Assembly: GCA_965203905.1 (NCBI GenBank)
Contig: CBDBDQ010000005.1
Location: 7,264,001-7,328,000, forward strand
Origin: Spirochaetia bacterium
Lineage (GTDB): Bacteria; Spirochaetota; Spirochaetia; SZUA-6; Bin103
Direction: 5' to 3'
DNA length: 64,000 nt
In this document: positions 1 to 9,067 of the stretch, piece by piece
Numbering within the stretch: position 1 is the stretch's first letter
How the letters are laid out: each line of letters opens with the position of its first letter
The notes under the pieces: model-generated
The model's database searches: none
Seen by the model: only the letters and a program-made list of their open reading frames with translations
What the model was told of the DNA's origin: nothing
Position numbers and translations under genes: made by a program

Positions 1-10
1 GGCCGGACGC

Positions 11-772
11 GTGTGGCTGTTGCCGGTCAAGCCCTCCCTGGAGGGCTACAAGGCGGTGTTCGAGTACAACGAGCTGTGGCTGGGCTACGGCAACACCATC
101 TTCTACACCGTGTTCGGGACCATCTACAACGTGGTCATGACCATGCTGATCGCCTACCCGCTGTCGCGCCGCGACTGCAAGGGGCGCGGCCTCCTGATGT
201 TCCTGTTCACCTTCACCCTGTTCTTCCAGGGCGGGCTGATCCCCACCTACCTGCTGATCCGCAGCATCGGGCTAATCGACACCCGCGCGGCGCTGATCAT
301 TCCGTTTGCCATCGGGGTGTGGAACGTAATCATCACCCGCACCTACCTGCAGTCCAACATCCCGGGCGAGCTGTACGAGGCGGCACGCGTCGACGGCGCC
401 ACCAACACGCGCATGCTGTGGAGCGTCGTATTGCCGTTGTCCGGTCCGATCATCGCCGTCATCACCCTGTTCTACGCGGTCAACCACTGGAACCAGTTCT
501 TCAACGCGCTGGTCTACATCCGCCGCCAGGAGCTGCGTCCGCTGCAGATCATCCTGCGCGAGATCCTGGTGCTCAATTCGCCGGGAGTGATCGACCAGCT
601 TATGGCCTCCGCCTCCCCGGAGCAGGTGGAGGCCCTGCAGGCGCGCATGTACCTGCAAGGGCTCATCCAGTTCGCGCTGATCGTGGTGGCCACCGCCCCG
701 ATTCTGGCGGTATATCCATTTGTGCAGAAGTACTTCGTGCGCGGCGTGATGATCGGAGCGCTGAAGGGATGA
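11..772 (+). CDS. Carbohydrate ABC transporter permease (MalG/LplC-like), probably 5'-truncated by the window edge
   Basis: Multiple TM segments, EAA loop IPGELYEAARVDGA, C-terminal PFVQKYFVRGVMIGALKG. Confidence 0.93.
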   Translation: MWLLPVKPSLEGYKAVFEYNELWLGYGNTIFYTVFGTIYNVVMTMLIAYPLSRRDCKGRGLLMFLFTFTLFFQGGLIPTYLLIRSIGLIDTRAALIIPFAIGVWNVIITRTYLQSNIPGELYEAARVDGATNTRMLWSVVLPLSGPIIAVITLFYAVNHWNQFFNALVYIRRQELRPLQIILREILVLNSPGVIDQLMASASPEQVEALQARMYLQGLIQFALIVVATAPILAVYPFVQKYFVRGVMIGALKG

Positions 773-871
773 GCCGTCGCGAACCACCAACCACTGCAAT
801 ACTGAGTCCGGGTGTTACCCGGCGCTAAAGGAGACCGCGGCACCAGGCCGCGAAATCAAGGAGCAGCATAT

Positions 872-2596
872 ATGCTCAGATTCATGGGAATCGCACTTGC
901 CGCGTTGCTGGCGGTGGGCGGACTCGCCTTCGCCGCCGGCGACGAAGAAGCCGCGGCCAGCGCGTATCAAGTCAATCCGCCGGGAACCTACCCGGTGGTC
1001 GACGAGAAGGTCACGATCACCGCGATCGCCTACTACTCGTCGAGCACGTCGTCGGGCACCCCCGAAGACGCGGCGTTCGCGACCTACCTGGAGGACCTCA
1101 CCAACGTGCACGTCGACTTCATCGAGATGATCGAGTCGAACGGGGCGCAGGAGAAGTTCAACCTGATACTGGCGTCCGGTGACCTGCCGGACATTCTCAT
1201 TCCGCACGGCTCGATCACCGCGCAACAGGTGTTCCTGCACGGCAGCAACGGCACCTTCCTGCCGCTCAACGACCTGATCGAGGAACGCATGCCGTCGCTC
1301 AAGCAGCACCTGACCGAGGCGCCGTCGATCAAGGCGCGGCTGACCATGCCGGACGGCAACATCTACGCATTCCCGGACGTCGAGGCCAACTGCTTCCACT
1401 GCCAGTTCTCGGCCAAGCTGTGGGTGTACCAGCCGTGGGTTGAGAAATTGGGGCTGAAGTGGCCGCCGGAGACCACCGAGGAGCTGTACGAGACGTTCAA
1501 GGCGTTCAAGACGCAGGATCCGAACGGCAACGGCCAGGCGGACGAGATTCCGATCCTGGGAGCCGTGGACGGCTGGCGCCAGGATCCGTTCACCTTCCTG
1601 ATGAACCCGTTCATCTTCACCAGCCATCCGTACGGCAACAACTACGGCGCGTTCCTGGAGCGCAGCCCGAGCGACGTGCGCTTCGTGGCCAACACGCCGG
1701 AGTGGCGCGAGGGGCTGCAGTACATGCGGCGCATGTACGCCGAGGGACTGCTTGGCGACGAGAGTTTCGTATGGACCCGGCAGGAGGGGATGTCCGCGGT
1801 CGAGAACCCGGACAAGGAGCTGGTGGGTTCCTTTCCGGCCGGCTGGTTCGGGATGATGACCCTGAACGGCGCCGGTACCGGGCGCTTCGCGCACTTCCAG
1901 CCGATTGCGCCGGTGACGGGACCGACCGGACTGCAGCAGACCACGTTCTTCCCGCCCACCATGCGCTATCAGACCCAGATCACCCCGAGCGGCGCCGACC
2001 GCAAGGAGGTCATCGCGCAGTGGGTGGACTGGTTCTACGAGGATCCGATCGTGCACGGCAGCCTGGCCTGGGGCTGGCGCCGCGAAGGCATCGACTGGCG
2101 CTGGCTCACCGAAGAGGAGAAGGCCAAGGGCTGGGTGGCACGCGACGGCAACCCGGCGCAGACGCTGAGCATCAACGTGCACGCCTACTCCCGCGACCTG
2201 TACGACGACGGCTGGCCGCGCACCGCGCCGGGCCGGTTCGACATGATCGCGCACGGCGCCCTGCCGCCGGAGTGGGCCGAGGATCCCTCCAAGCAGGAGT
2301 ACCGCCTGATGGTGGCCACGCGCGACCTGTACGCGCCCTACAAGACCGAGAGCTACATCCCGCCCGACCTGGTGTTCGACGAGACCACGCAGGATGAGTT
2401 GATCGATCTGGCCGAAACCCTGACCAGCCGCACCGGCCTGGTGCTGCAGCGGGCTACCGAATTCATCAACGGCACCCGCGACATCAATGACGACGCGGCG
2501 TGGGACGAATACGTAGCCGAGCTGGAGCGTGCCGGCGTCGGCCGTTACGTCGAGCTGTGGCGCGACACGCTGGCCAACGGAGGCTATTTCAGCTAA
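872..2596 (+). CDS. Sugar ABC transporter substrate-binding protein (LplA-like)
   Basis: AAGGAG RBS at 858-863, ATG 872, signal peptide, NLILASGDLPD and PETTEELYETFKAFKTQDPNGNGQADEIP motifs. Confidence 0.9.
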   Translation: MLRFMGIALAALLAVGGLAFAAGDEEAAASAYQVNPPGTYPVVDEKVTITAIAYYSSSTSSGTPEDAAFATYLEDLTNVHVDFIEMIESNGAQEKFNLILASGDLPDILIPHGSITAQQVFLHGSNGTFLPLNDLIEERMPSLKQHLTEAPSIKARLTMPDGNIYAFPDVEANCFHCQFSAKLWVYQPWVEKLGLKWPPETTEELYETFKAFKTQDPNGNGQADEIPILGAVDGWRQDPFTFLMNPFIFTSHPYGNNYGAFLERSPSDVRFVANTPEWREGLQYMRRMYAEGLLGDESFVWTRQEGMSAVENPDKELVGSFPAGWFGMMTLNGAGTGRFAHFQPIAPVTGPTGLQQTTFFPPTMRYQTQITPSGADRKEVIAQWVDWFYEDPIVHGSLAWGWRREGIDWRWLTEEEKAKGWVARDGNPAQTLSINVHAYSRDLYDDGWPRTAPGRFDMIAHGALPPEWAEDPSKQEYRLMVATRDLYAPYKTESYIPPDLVFDETTQDELIDLAETLTSRTGLVLQRATEFINGTRDINDDAAWDEYVAELERAGVGRYVELWRDTLANGGYFS

Positions 2597-2620
2597 ATCG
2601 CTGCCTGCGGAAAAGATGAT

Positions 2621-2650
2621 GGCCGGCTCGCCCTGAGCCGGCCGTTTCAT
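2621..2650. terminator. Hairpin between convergent genes, likely intrinsic terminator
   Basis: GGCCGGCTC-gccct-GAGCCGGCC followed by GTTTCAT. Confidence 0.65.
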
Positions 2651-2659
2651 TGGTAGGGG

Positions 2660-3769
2660 TTACTTGTAGGGGTCGGCGGCGTCGCGCAGGCCGTCACCGA
2701 CGAAGTTGAAGGCCAGCACGCCGACGATCACAAACACCCCCGGAATCAGCAGCCATGGGTGCAGGGCCACCGTCTGCACGTTCTGCGCCTCGTGCAGCAG
2801 CACGCCCCAGCTCACCACCGGCGGCCGCAGTCCCAGGCCCAGGAAGCTCAAGGCGGTCTCGCCCAGGATCATGTAGGGGATCGCCAGGGTCAGGTCGACG
2901 ATCAGGTAGCTGATGAACGAGGGCAGCAGGTGGCGCACGATGATCGCGAGGTCGCGGGCGCCGGCCACCCGCGCCGCCATGGTGAAGTCCTGCTCGCGCA
3001 GCTCCAGCAGCTTGCCGCGCACCACCCGCGCCAGCCGCGTCCAGCCCACCGTGGAGAGGATGATGGTGATGAAGAAGTAGACCCGCAGCGCCGGCCAGTC
3101 CAGCGGCAGCGCCGCGCTCAGCCCCATCCACAGCGGGATGGTGGGCAGCGCGATGAGGAACTCGATGACGCGCTGGATCGCGGTGTCGATGGGCCCCCCG
3201 TAGAAGCCCGACAGCCCGCCCAGCAGGCAGCCGACCACGAAGCTGAACGCCACCCCGAGCAGTCCCACCGTGAGCGACACGCGGATCGCGTGCAGATTGC
3301 GGGAGAACAGGTCGCGGCCCAGCTTGTCGGTACCGAACAGGAACATCTGCCCCGGCGCCGCGACGCCGAACAGGTGGCGGTCGGTCTCGAACAGGCCCCA
3401 GAAGCGGTATCCGTCGCCTCGCACGAAGAACCGCAGGTCGAGCTTCTGCGCCGGGTCGGGGCGGTAGTCCCACTCCCAGGTGGCGTCGTTGAACTCGCGC
3501 GCGTAGCCGTACACGAACGGGCGCAACTGGATGCGGCCCTCATGCACGAAGCGCAACCGTTGCGGCGGCGCGTAGGCGAACTCGGCGGCGACGGTGCGGG
3601 TGCCGTAGGGCGCAAAGAACCCCGCGAACAGCCCGCCCAGGTAGATCACGCCGAGCACTGCCAGCGCCGCCCGCGCCAGCAGGTGGCGGCCGAACCTGGC
3701 GCGCACCAGGCGCCAGTGGCTGGCCGTGTAGTAGCGTTCCTGCTCCGCCGCCGCGACGCTGCCGCTCAC
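2660..3769 (-). CDS. Dpp/Opp-type ABC permease (DppC-like)
   Basis: FGTDKLGRDLFSR, LGETALSFLGLGL, GDGLRDAADPY; GTG start at 3769 overlaps the upstream stop codon. Confidence 0.92.
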   Translation of the reverse strand: MSGSVAAAEQERYYTASHWRLVRARFGRHLLARAALAVLGVIYLGGLFAGFFAPYGTRTVAAEFAYAPPQRLRFVHEGRIQLRPFVYGYAREFNDATWEWDYRPDPAQKLDLRFFVRGDGYRFWGLFETDRHLFGVAAPGQMFLFGTDKLGRDLFSRNLHAIRVSLTVGLLGVAFSFVVGCLLGGLSGFYGGPIDTAIQRVIEFLIALPTIPLWMGLSAALPLDWPALRVYFFITIILSTVGWTRLARVVRGKLLELREQDFTMAARVAGARDLAIIVRHLLPSFISYLIVDLTLAIPYMILGETALSFLGLGLRPPVVSWGVLLHEAQNVQTVALHPWLLIPGVFVIVGVLAFNFVGDGLRDAADPYK

Positions 3770-4761
3770 CGGTTGCTGCGCTCCATGCGAATGCGAGGAT
3801 CCACCCCCGCCAGCACCAGGTCGGAAACCAGGGTTCCGACCACGGTAAGCGCGCCGATGATCATCACCACGCTGCCGGCCAGGCTCATGTCCTGGAACAG
3901 CAGCGCACTGAAGAAGATCTGTCCGGTAGTGGGCAGCGACAGCACGATCGCGGTCACCGTCTCGCCCGAGAAGATCGCCGGCAGGATCCATGCCGCGGAG
4001 CTGATCACCGGGTTGAGCGCCACCCGCACCGGATACTTGAACAGCAGCCGCCCCTCCACCATCCCCTTGGCGCGGGCGGTGACCACGTACTGCCGGCGCA
4101 GCTCGTCCAGCAGGCTGGCGCGCACGATGCGGATCAGCTCCGCGGTGCCGGCGGTACCGATGACGAAGATCGGGATCGGCAGGTGCTTGAGCATGTCCCA
4201 CACCCGGCCGAGACTCCACGGCGCCGCCACGTACTCCGCCGAGAACAGGCCGGTCAGGCTGACCCCGAACCACTTCAGCAACAGCCACATCAGCACCAGC
4301 GCCAGCAGGAAGTTGGGCGTCGCCAGGCCGAAGAACCCGGTGAAGGTGAACAGGTAGTCGGCAACCGAGTACTGGCGCGTGGCGGAGAGAATGCCGATCG
4401 GGATCGAGACGGCGTAGATGAACAGCAGCGTGACGCTGGACAGCAGCAGGGTGGCGGGCAGCCGCTCGGCGATCAGGTCCGCCACCGCGCGGTTGTGCTG
4501 GAACGAGATGCCCATGTTGCCGCCCAGGAACTTGCCGAACCACTTGAAGTAGCGCACCACGATGGGCGAATCGAGGTCATACAGCCGCATCAGGCGGTCG
4601 ATCTCCGCCTGGTCGATGCGCACGCCGGTGTTGCGCAGGCGGGCGATGTGGACATCCAGGTAGTTGCCGGGGGGCAACTCGATGATGAGGAAGCCCACCA
4701 GCGAGAGGGCCAGCAGGAACAGCACCATGTAGAGCACGCGCCGCGCGAGGAACGGTACCAC
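3766..4761 (-). CDS. Dpp/Opp-type ABC permease (DppB-like)
   Basis: FLARRVLYMV N-terminus, YVVTARAKG, DLVLAGVDPRIR. Confidence 0.92.
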   Translation of the reverse strand: MVPFLARRVLYMVLFLLALSLVGFLIIELPPGNYLDVHIARLRNTGVRIDQAEIDRLMRLYDLDSPIVVRYFKWFGKFLGGNMGISFQHNRAVADLIAERLPATLLLSSVTLLFIYAVSIPIGILSATRQYSVADYLFTFTGFFGLATPNFLLALVLMWLLLKWFGVSLTGLFSAEYVAAPWSLGRVWDMLKHLPIPIFVIGTAGTAELIRIVRASLLDELRRQYVVTARAKGMVEGRLLFKYPVRVALNPVISSAAWILPAIFSGETVTAIVLSLPTTGQIFFSALLFQDMSLAGSVVMIIGALTVVGTLVSDLVLAGVDPRIRMERSNR

Positions 4762-4889
4762 TGGGAGCCTGTGTGCCGAATCGTAGCACAACGCGAGGGC
4801 TTGCGCGGCAGACCTGGGCGTGGCGGGCCGAGCCAGTACCATCCCATGCTGAACGACGTCTGCATCCCGTGTGGGCAAGGGAGGTGATG

Positions 4890-4916
4890 GCCCCTGCCCC
4901 TGCCCCGGCCCCTGCC
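4890..4916 (+). repeat. Short hexamer tandem (GCCCCT/GCCCCG)x4
   Basis: gcccctgcccctgccccggcccctgcc. Confidence 0.55.
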
Positions 4917-5265
4917 AGATCGCCGCCTTCAGGATGCGTGGTTCGTTCGCTGTACGATGTGTCCAGGAATGAGCGGGTTGCCGCCCACCGCAACGCCGGT
5001 CTCCGCCGCTGCGTTGCTGCCGCGTGGGCGCCGCGGTGCAGGATTCTGCAAAGAGCGCAAAAAATAGTGCTCTGAGCACTTGACGGGTTTGGCGCCGCTC
5101 ATAACGGCCCCCTGCCGCACGTTCCGGCCCCTCCTACCCTGCGAACATCCCGCCACGCCCTCCAGGCCCGTCAGCACCCCGTCAGCGCCGGCCTGAGCCC
5201 TTCCCGGTGCCGGTCCCGGGACTTGCCTAAACCTGGCATTTCTCAACCATGTTTATATTTACGCC

Positions 5266-6714
5266 ATGGCTACCGCGACCGCTTCGGGCTTCTCCTCCTC
5301 GCTCTCCGGGCTCCCCGACCAGGTGCTGCTGGCGCACACCAGGTCCCTCGTCCTGCACGAGCAGGCGCTGCAGCTCGCCGTCCTCGACCACCTGCGCGAG
5401 ATCCACGCCCGCCACCTCCACCTGCGCCTCGGGTTCTCCAGCCTGTTCGACTACGCCGTGCACGAGCTGGGCTATAGCGAGGGTGCCGCCTGGCGCCGCA
5501 TAAAGGCGATGCGCCTGTGCTCCGATACCGCCGGGACACGCGAGCGGCTGCAGGACGGCTCGCTCACCCTGAGCGCGGCGGCGCAGTTGCAGAACACCTT
5601 CGATCTCCTGCAGCGCACGGCCACCGCCGCCGCGGACCCCGGCTCGCCACCCGCGGCACCGGAGCTGCTGCCGAGCGGCACGGGGACGGCGCCGGAGGCG
5701 GGGGATTCCGGGACCGGGGCAGCGGCGCCAGCGCGACCGGTGCCGGCGCTGAACGCGGCGCAGCGGCAGGAACTGGTGGCGCAGGCGAGCGGCAAGAGCA
5801 CCCGCGAGGTGAAGCAGTTGTTGGCCGGGGTGGCTCCCGAGCTGGCGCGGCCGGCGGATCGCATGCGGGCGCTGGGCGAAGGCCGCTGGGAGCTGAAGGT
5901 GGCGATCGACTCCGCCTGTCAGTGCGGGATCGAGCAGCTACGGGCACTGCTGTCGCACGTGGACCCGCACCTGACGCTGGGGCAACTGGTGGAGCGGCTG
6001 GTGCAGGACGGCCTGCAGCGCTACGACCCAGGGCGGCCGCCGCGCGGGCGCAGAGGTGGACGCCGGGAGGCAAGCGCGGGCCAGGCGCCGGAGACGAAGC
6101 CGCAGGAAGCGCCGGCGGGCGGAGCGACTTCGCCGGCGAAGCGGGGCACGCAAAAGAAACCCGGAGCGCCGCCGCCGGAGGGCACGAGCGCCGGTGGCAG
6201 CACGCCGGTGCCGGCAGCGCTGTCCGCAGCGGAACCCGCGCACGGGATTGGCGGCGCCGGCACCTCGGCGGTGGCAGCGCCGCCGTCGGGGCGCGAGACT
6301 TGCGGCGCCAGTACCCCGGTGAGTGCCAAACCGGCGGCGCCGGATCGCGATCGCAGCGCTCCTTCGCCAGCGAAGCGGGGAGGGGCGGCACAGCCCGATG
6401 GCCGTTCGCGGCCGCAGCCGGCGCCAGCCGGCCCATCCGCAGGCAGCGCGCAGCCGCCCCACCGGGCGCGTCGATCCCGGTACATTCCGGCACCAGTGCG
6501 GCGCGAGGTGTGGCGCCGCGACAGCGGCTGTTGCAGTTACGTCGATCCGCACAGCGGGCGGCGCTGCGGCTCCCGCTTCCTGCTGGAGATCGACCACATC
6601 GTGCCCTATGCGCTCGGCGGCGGTGCGGAGCCCGCCAACTTGCGCCTCCGCTGTCGAGCCCACCACCGCTTCCGGCATCAGGAGGACGAACCACCGCCCG
6701 ACGGGGCCACGTGA
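5266..6714 (+). CDS. HNH endonuclease with helical N-terminal domain and long low-complexity linker (likely selfish element gene)
   Basis: N-terminal GFSSLFDYAVHELGYSEGAAWRRI; C-terminal RDSGCCSY...RCGSRFLLEIDHIVPYALGG...NLRLRCRAHH. Confidence 0.88.
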   Translation: MATATASGFSSSLSGLPDQVLLAHTRSLVLHEQALQLAVLDHLREIHARHLHLRLGFSSLFDYAVHELGYSEGAAWRRIKAMRLCSDTAGTRERLQDGSLTLSAAAQLQNTFDLLQRTATAAADPGSPPAAPELLPSGTGTAPEAGDSGTGAAAPARPVPALNAAQRQELVAQASGKSTREVKQLLAGVAPELARPADRMRALGEGRWELKVAIDSACQCGIEQLRALLSHVDPHLTLGQLVERLVQDGLQRYDPGRPPRGRRGGRREASAGQAPETKPQEAPAGGATSPAKRGTQKKPGAPPPEGTSAGGSTPVPAALSAAEPAHGIGGAGTSAVAAPPSGRETCGASTPVSAKPAAPDRDRSAPSPAKRGGAAQPDGRSRPQPAPAGPSAGSAQPPHRARRSRYIPAPVRREVWRRDSGCCSYVDPHSGRRCGSRFLLEIDHIVPYALGGGAEPANLRLRCRAHHRFRHQEDEPPPDGAT

Positions 6715-6870
6715 TCGGCGCTCGGCAGGGTGCGGATTGGGCGGTTGGGTGTCGGTCCGATGGCAGCGGGAGCAACGGTTTGCCGGCTTGTCGCGCAGCG
6801 TGGGATAGTCCTGAGGCGGAGCCGGCCGCTACACTGCTGCGATGGATGCGGGTCAGGCGGAACGCATCGC

Positions 6871-7140
6871 CTGTGGCACCGGCAGCCGGCCGCGCGCTGG
6901 CTGGAGGCGCTGCGGGTAGGAAACGAACGGCTCGAGGCCATGGTATTGCACCTGCTGCCCGCCCTGCCGGCGGCGTGGCCCGATGGTGCCATGACCGGGC
7001 TGCGCGCGCGGGGCGGACTGCCGGCGGACCTGAAGTGGCGCGGCGGGCGACTGGTCGAGGCCGTTGCCGATGACCACGGCGCGATCCGCTTTCCGACCGC
7101 CGCGGGCGAGTCCTACCTGGTGCGCGCGCTGGGTGCTGCG
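6871..7140 (+). pseudogene. Collapsed GH95 alpha-L-fucosidase relic (N-terminus fused to C-terminus)
   Basis: LWHRQPAARWLEALRVGNERLEAMV (GH95 N-terminal motif) joined directly to LHLLPALPAAWPDGAMTGLRARGG (GH95 C-terminal motif). Confidence 0.75.
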
Positions 7141-7191
7141 GCAGCGCAAGCTTCACACCGATGGACAAGACCGCCATCATACACACGGGCG

Positions 7192-7389
7192 ATGGATATG
7201 CAGCCGACGTCACTGAAAGCAAAGATGGCTGACCTCATTCGCGATCTTCCTGACGACGGGAATATCGAGGATGCGATGGAGCGGTTACTGCTGCTCTACA
7301 AGATCGAAAAGGGCATTCAGCAGGCCGATCAGGGCAGAACCGTATCTCATGACGAAGCGAAAGATCGATTACGCAAGTGGCTCGACTGA
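7192..7389 (+). CDS. Small antitoxin-like protein (addiction-module component)
   Basis: 65 aa, IRDLPDDGNIEDAMERLLLLYKIEKGIQQADQGRTVSHDEAKDRLRKW; overlaps a ParE-like ORF. Confidence 0.75.
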   Translation: MDMQPTSLKAKMADLIRDLPDDGNIEDAMERLLLLYKIEKGIQQADQGRTVSHDEAKDRLRKWLD

Positions 7390-7529
7390 GGTGGACCGTA
7401 CAAGCCCTCGAAGACCTGGAGTCGATCTGTATCCACACCATCTATCGCAATAGCGGCGAGTCAGTACAGATCCTGACCGTGCATCACAGCGCTCGATTGC
7501 TCGACAGCTCCCGGTTCGAAGCGGGATGA
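7377..7529 (+). pseudogene. RelE/ParE-family toxin with in-frame internal deletion (50 aa)
   Basis: MARLRWTVQALEDLESICIH joined to TIYRNSGESVQILTVHHSARLL; the central part of the fold is missing. Confidence 0.75.
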
Positions 7530-9067
7530 GCCTGCTCACGCTCGACTGCCGGCGCCGCCGTGCCGACGGCCGCGTGGACATTGCGCCTATCCAGGTGCCG
7601 GCGGCGCGCATCGGGGTGGTGGTGATCGACATGTGGAACGGGTACCCGTGCTGCACCGGACGCGGGCTGTTTGCCGCGCTAGTGCCGCGTATGAACCGCG
7701 CCCTCGCCGGGATGCGAGCCGCGGGAGCCACGGTGATCCACGCCCCGAGCGACGTGAGCGACCAGTACGTGGGCTGGCCGCAGGCGGAGCGGGTGGCGGC
7801 CCTGCCGCGCTACGAGCTGCCGCGGGTGCGTGACATTCCGGTGCCGCGCTTTCCGTTCGCGGGACAGACCTGCCTGTGCGGGCCCGGCATCGCCTGTCCC
7901 TACATGCACCATTGGCATGCGGTTCATCCCGACCTCGCGATCGAGGAGCAGGACTTCCTGTTGGTGGGACCGGTCTACGGTGCCGCCGGCACCCAGCGGC
8001 TGCACGCCCTGTGTCGGGACCGGGGACTGACCCACCTGCTCTACCTGGGCATCGCCACCAACAACTGCGTGGTGAGCAAGGCGGCGGGGATGCTGTACCT
8101 GGCGCGTGCGGGCCTGGAGGTGATCCTGGCACGCGACCTGACCGCGGCCTACGACCGCTACGACCCGGCCAGCGGCTACACCAACGACGCCGCCACGGCG
8201 CGGGCGGTGGCGGCCATCGAGGAGCAGTTCTGTGCCACGGTCGATCTCGGCGCAGAGCTGGCAAAGGCCGGACTCTGGCCGAATGCGCCTCCGGTCGATA
8301 TGGTCCACATCATGCCCTGGGGCCAGCGCGATCAGCCCTACCTGTTCGAGGACCGGTTCACCGCCACCCTTACCTTCCCCACCGGCCCTCCCGGCGGGCC
8401 GCAGCGCGGCACCTCCATCCACTACACCCTCGACGGCAGCGCTCCCTCCCCGGCCGCACCGCGCTACGCCGGGCCGCTGACCATAGGCGCTTCCGGGGTG
8501 CTGCGCGCCCAGCCGTTCGCCGCCGGCCGCGCCCGAGGCGCGGAGAGCGTCAGCCACTACTTCCGCCTCGCGCCGCTCCCACCGCTGCCCGAGGTGCACC
8601 TCACCGACCTGCGCCCGTTGCGCGCCACCTCGCCGCGGCTGCTGGACGGCCATACCTACGACGCGGTGGCCCCGGAGGTCGGCTTCGACACGGCTGCCGG
8701 CGGCGGCGCGTTGCGCATCGGCGGCCGCATGCGTGAACACGGCATCAGCGTGCATACGCCCGCGCACGTGGTGTACGCCCTGCAGCCGCACTGGCGCCGC
8801 TTCGTGGCGCTGGTGGGGCTGGACGACTCCCTGCTCGACCAGGACCACGGCATGCTGCGGGCGAGCCGCGTCGCGGTGTGCTTCCGGGTGTTCGTGGACG
8901 GCGCGCAGGTCGCGGCCAGCCCGACGCTGCGCGCGGCGCAGGTGTGGCGCTTCGACCTGCCGCTCGCGCCCGGCAGCGGGGTGATCAGCCTGGCAGCGAT
9001 GAACCTGGTGCAAAGCGGCCACGGCGGCGCGGCTGACTGGGTCGCGGCCGGGTTCCTGGACGCGTGA
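7526..9067 (+). CDS. Isochorismatase-like cysteine hydrolase fused to Fn3-associated and NPCBM carbohydrate-binding domains
   Basis: VVVIDMWN, GIATNNCV, IHYTLDGSAPSPAAPRY, GISVHTPA...FVALVGLDD...ADWVAAGF. Confidence 0.8.
   Translation: MSLLTLDCRRRRADGRVDIAPIQVPAARIGVVVIDMWNGYPCCTGRGLFAALVPRMNRALAGMRAAGATVIHAPSDVSDQYVGWPQAERVAALPRYELPRVRDIPVPRFPFAGQTCLCGPGIACPYMHHWHAVHPDLAIEEQDFLLVGPVYGAAGTQRLHALCRDRGLTHLLYLGIATNNCVVSKAAGMLYLARAGLEVILARDLTAAYDRYDPASGYTNDAATARAVAAIEEQFCATVDLGAELAKAGLWPNAPPVDMVHIMPWGQRDQPYLFEDRFTATLTFPTGPPGGPQRGTSIHYTLDGSAPSPAAPRYAGPLTIGASGVLRAQPFAAGRARGAESVSHYFRLAPLPPLPEVHLTDLRPLRATSPRLLDGHTYDAVAPEVGFDTAAGGGALRIGGRMREHGISVHTPAHVVYALQPHWRRFVALVGLDDSLLDQDHGMLRASRVAVCFRVFVDGAQVAASPTLRAAQVWRFDLPLAPGSGVISLAAMNLVQSGHGGAADWVAAGFLDA

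Noticed and set aside
2660-4543. 627-aa ORF as a single protein
   Set aside because: The N-terminal part is an off-frame shadow of dppB; the real dppC starts at GTG 3769.
4846-5075. Small ORFs MLNDVCIPCGQGR and MAPAPAPAPARS...
   Set aside because: No RBS for the first, RBS spacing too short for the second, and no recognisable family; insufficient support.
5077-5087. Third copy of the TACTTGACGGG site (CACTTGACGGG)
   Set aside because: It lacks the partner motif 68 bp upstream and the TATAAyTrATTACG block; more simply a -35-like element.
6730-7389. 219-aa ORF as a functional gene
   Set aside because: It is a chimera of GH95 relics and a separate antitoxin that happen to share a frame.
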